Shown one piece after another: positions 61,816 to 64,000 of a stretch of DNA of 64,000 nucleotides. Each line of letters starts with the position of its first letter. Position 1 is the stretch's first letter. Both the position numbers and the translations under genes were made by a program. The stretch is from Geosiphon pyriformis uo1 (taxonomy: Eukaryota; Fungi; Glomeromycota): assembly GCA_016748015.1 (NCBI GenBank), contig JAAOMT010000187.1, forward strand, positions 130,087 through 194,086, given 5' to 3'. The notes beneath the pieces were generated by a model. That model was not told where the DNA came from. It saw only the letters and a program-made list of their open reading frames with translations, and made no database searches.

Positions 61816-64000
61816 CTAATCTTGCCTCATTCTTGAGAGACAATCAATGTTGGTGTAGAGTTTTCCTGGTTTGTGGTGTACAATATATCAGTAGTTGGCT
61901 AAAAATTTTGTCCATCGGGTTTGTTTTGCATTCAGTTGGGTGTTTTTGTTTTGAAGCCATTTAAGTCCAATATTATCAATGATAATATTGAATTCTTTAG
62001 GCCTGAGATAAAGGTTAAAGTGGTGTAGAGCCCAAATTATGGCTGCTGTTTCTAGTTCTGTGGCAGGGTAGTTTTTCTCGGCTGGTTTTAATGTTCTGCT
62101 AGCATAAGCAATTACTCGTTCATTTCTGTTGTCATCTAATTGTGATAAGATGGCACCAAAGACAGTATAAGAAGCATTTGTAGCTAGTCGAAATTGGTTA
62201 CTGAAGTCTGGGTAGGCGAGAATTGGAGCTGTTGTCAGCTTTTCCTTGAGAATTTCAAAAGCTTTTTGGTGTTTTTCTATCTATTTGTATTTGACGTTTT
62301 TAGTAGTAAGCTGGTTGAGGGGTTTTGCAATTTCTGAGAATCTTTTGATGAATTTTCGGTAATAGGAAGCTAATCCAATAAATCCTCTCAATTCTGTGGT
62401 ATTTTGTGGAGTCTTGAAGTTTTTGACAGTGCTGATTTTTCCAGGATCTGGTTTAATTCCATCTTTGCTAACAATGTGACCAAGAAAGGCCAGACTTGTT
62501 TTTCCGAAGTAGCATTTTTCGATGTTCAGTTTTAATTCTGCTTTCCATAATCATTGAAAAACTTTGCACAGGTGTTTTAAGTATAATTCAAAAGATGGTG
62601 AATAAACATCAGTATCATCGAGATAGACAACTACTGATTTCCAAAGGAGGCCTTTGTAAACAACATCCATGAGTCTTTGGAATGTTGCTGGTACATTGCA
62701 TAATCCGAAAGACATTACGTTAAACTCATAGTTTCCTCCTTGAGTGATGAATGCTGTTTTGAGATGATCTTTGGGATCCATGGCAACTTGCCAGTATTCA
62801 CTTTCTAGATCTAGTGTTGAAAAGTATTTGGATTTTCCAAGGGCATCTAACATGTCATTGATTTGGGGAAGAGGGTAGGCATCTCCAATAATGACACTAT
62901 TGAGTTGTCAATAATCAACACAAAATCGTATCTTTCCATTTTTCTTCTTAACTAGAACCACAAGTGAGGCCCATGGACTCATTAATGATTGGATAAGCCT
63001 ATTGTTAAGCATCTATTGTACTTCTTCTCAAATAAATTGGTGACTTTCTGGAGCAACTCGGTAGGCTTGTTGTCGCCTTGGTTTGGCATCTCTTGTATAG
63101 ATTTGGTGTTGAACCAAATCAGTTCTTCCTAAGTTATTGTTGTTTTCAGCAAAGATATTGGCAAATTCTGCAATTAGCTTTTTAAGCTGGTTTTGTTGTT
63201 GTGGTTCAAGTTGTTCCATGTTGATTCGAGATAGTTTTTCTATAACAACATAGTAGTTTTCAGAGCTGGTGTTTGGGTTGATTTTTGGTAGTAAATATCC
63301 AATAATTTCAGAGAAATCGGGAATTGTTTGGGGTAATTCTTGTTGAAAGATATTATTGTGAATAACTCCAATTTCTAAGTTATTTAATAAAACTATGAGG
63401 AAATTGTTGGAATTGTAAAAAGTAACTCGGATTTTCTTTGTTCCTTCTGGAATATAAATATTTGGGATCGAGATATTATATTCCAAGCAGATTTGTTCAT
63501 TGAATTCAAAAATTTGTTGTGTGGTTGTTGGCTTTTCACAAGTATAAATTTTGGGGTGTTCTTCAAAGGGTGAAATGGTAATTGGTTGTGGAAGTCGTAA
63601 AATTTGGTGAGATTCTTTCTGTTCGTTAAGGGCTATGTTTACTGGAACTGTAAATTGTCCAGTTAAACCAAAACCTTAGGTTCCTCTTTCACTTTTTTCC
63701 AATAGTTCTCTTTGATTGACTAATTGTAAACCCGAAATGTTGGTTAAGGGTAAATAAATGACTTGGGCAATTTTCTCAACATGTTCAATCTTAAATGGCT
63801 TGTTAGTTTTGTTTTGGAATATTACTGTTATGTTACCAGTATATCCAGCATCAATTATTCCTCCTCTGACATTGATTCCTTTGCTTGCTAGAGAGGATCA
63901 GAAGGTGATTTGAACCATTGCTCCTGGCAGGATTTCGAGAGCAATTTTGAGATTGATTTTTGTGAGAAATTTGGGTTTGAGAATGAGAGTATTCTTGTCT
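61816..64000 (-). pseudogene. A2 pol: dUTPase (about 63660-64000), RT (YLDD), RNase H
   Basis: RGGIIDAGYTGNI, EKIAQ, RGT*GFGLTG; VVVYLDD; ends DCLSRMRQD*. Confidence 0.93.

Larger units (their letters stand above)
58599..64000 (-). mobile_element. Family A copy A2 (dUTPase to 3' LTR; continues beyond the window), nested in the B2 integrase
   Basis: Collinear with A1; LTR 59577-58599; PPT 59581-59590. Confidence 0.96.

Overview
Eukaryotic, almost certainly fungal, DNA. The intron-rich gene and the TE types suggest a Glomeromycotina/Mucoromycota-type host (inference). The window holds one intact host gene, SEC31 (11 exons, 4340-9323, about 1377 aa), in a graveyard of retroelements decayed mainly by C>T/G>A transitions. 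LINEs: four APE-RT-RNase H copies plus one relic. Ty3/Gypsy family A: one near-complete copy (20922-31106), a second copy running off the right edge (58599-64000, minus) and an LTR end at 1-286. A related family B is present as an autonomous fragment, two internally deleted derivatives and a solo LTR. The best candidate for an undescribed system is the family A design, which resembles a complex retrovirus: (i) an almost AUG-free 1.35-kb leader with two covarying double-hairpin RNA modules; (ii) a probably GUG-initiated 241-codon extension in frame with Gag; (iii) one Gag-PR-Cys-rich-dUTPase-RT-RNase H frame; (iv) integrase split off into its own ORF in both copies; (v) a non-Env third ORF that runs into the 3' LTR and has a clear homologue in family B. 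The LINEs share an AUGA stop/start junction and a structured, probably pseudoknotted 3' UTR. All translations, alignments and folds were done by eye; no searches were run.
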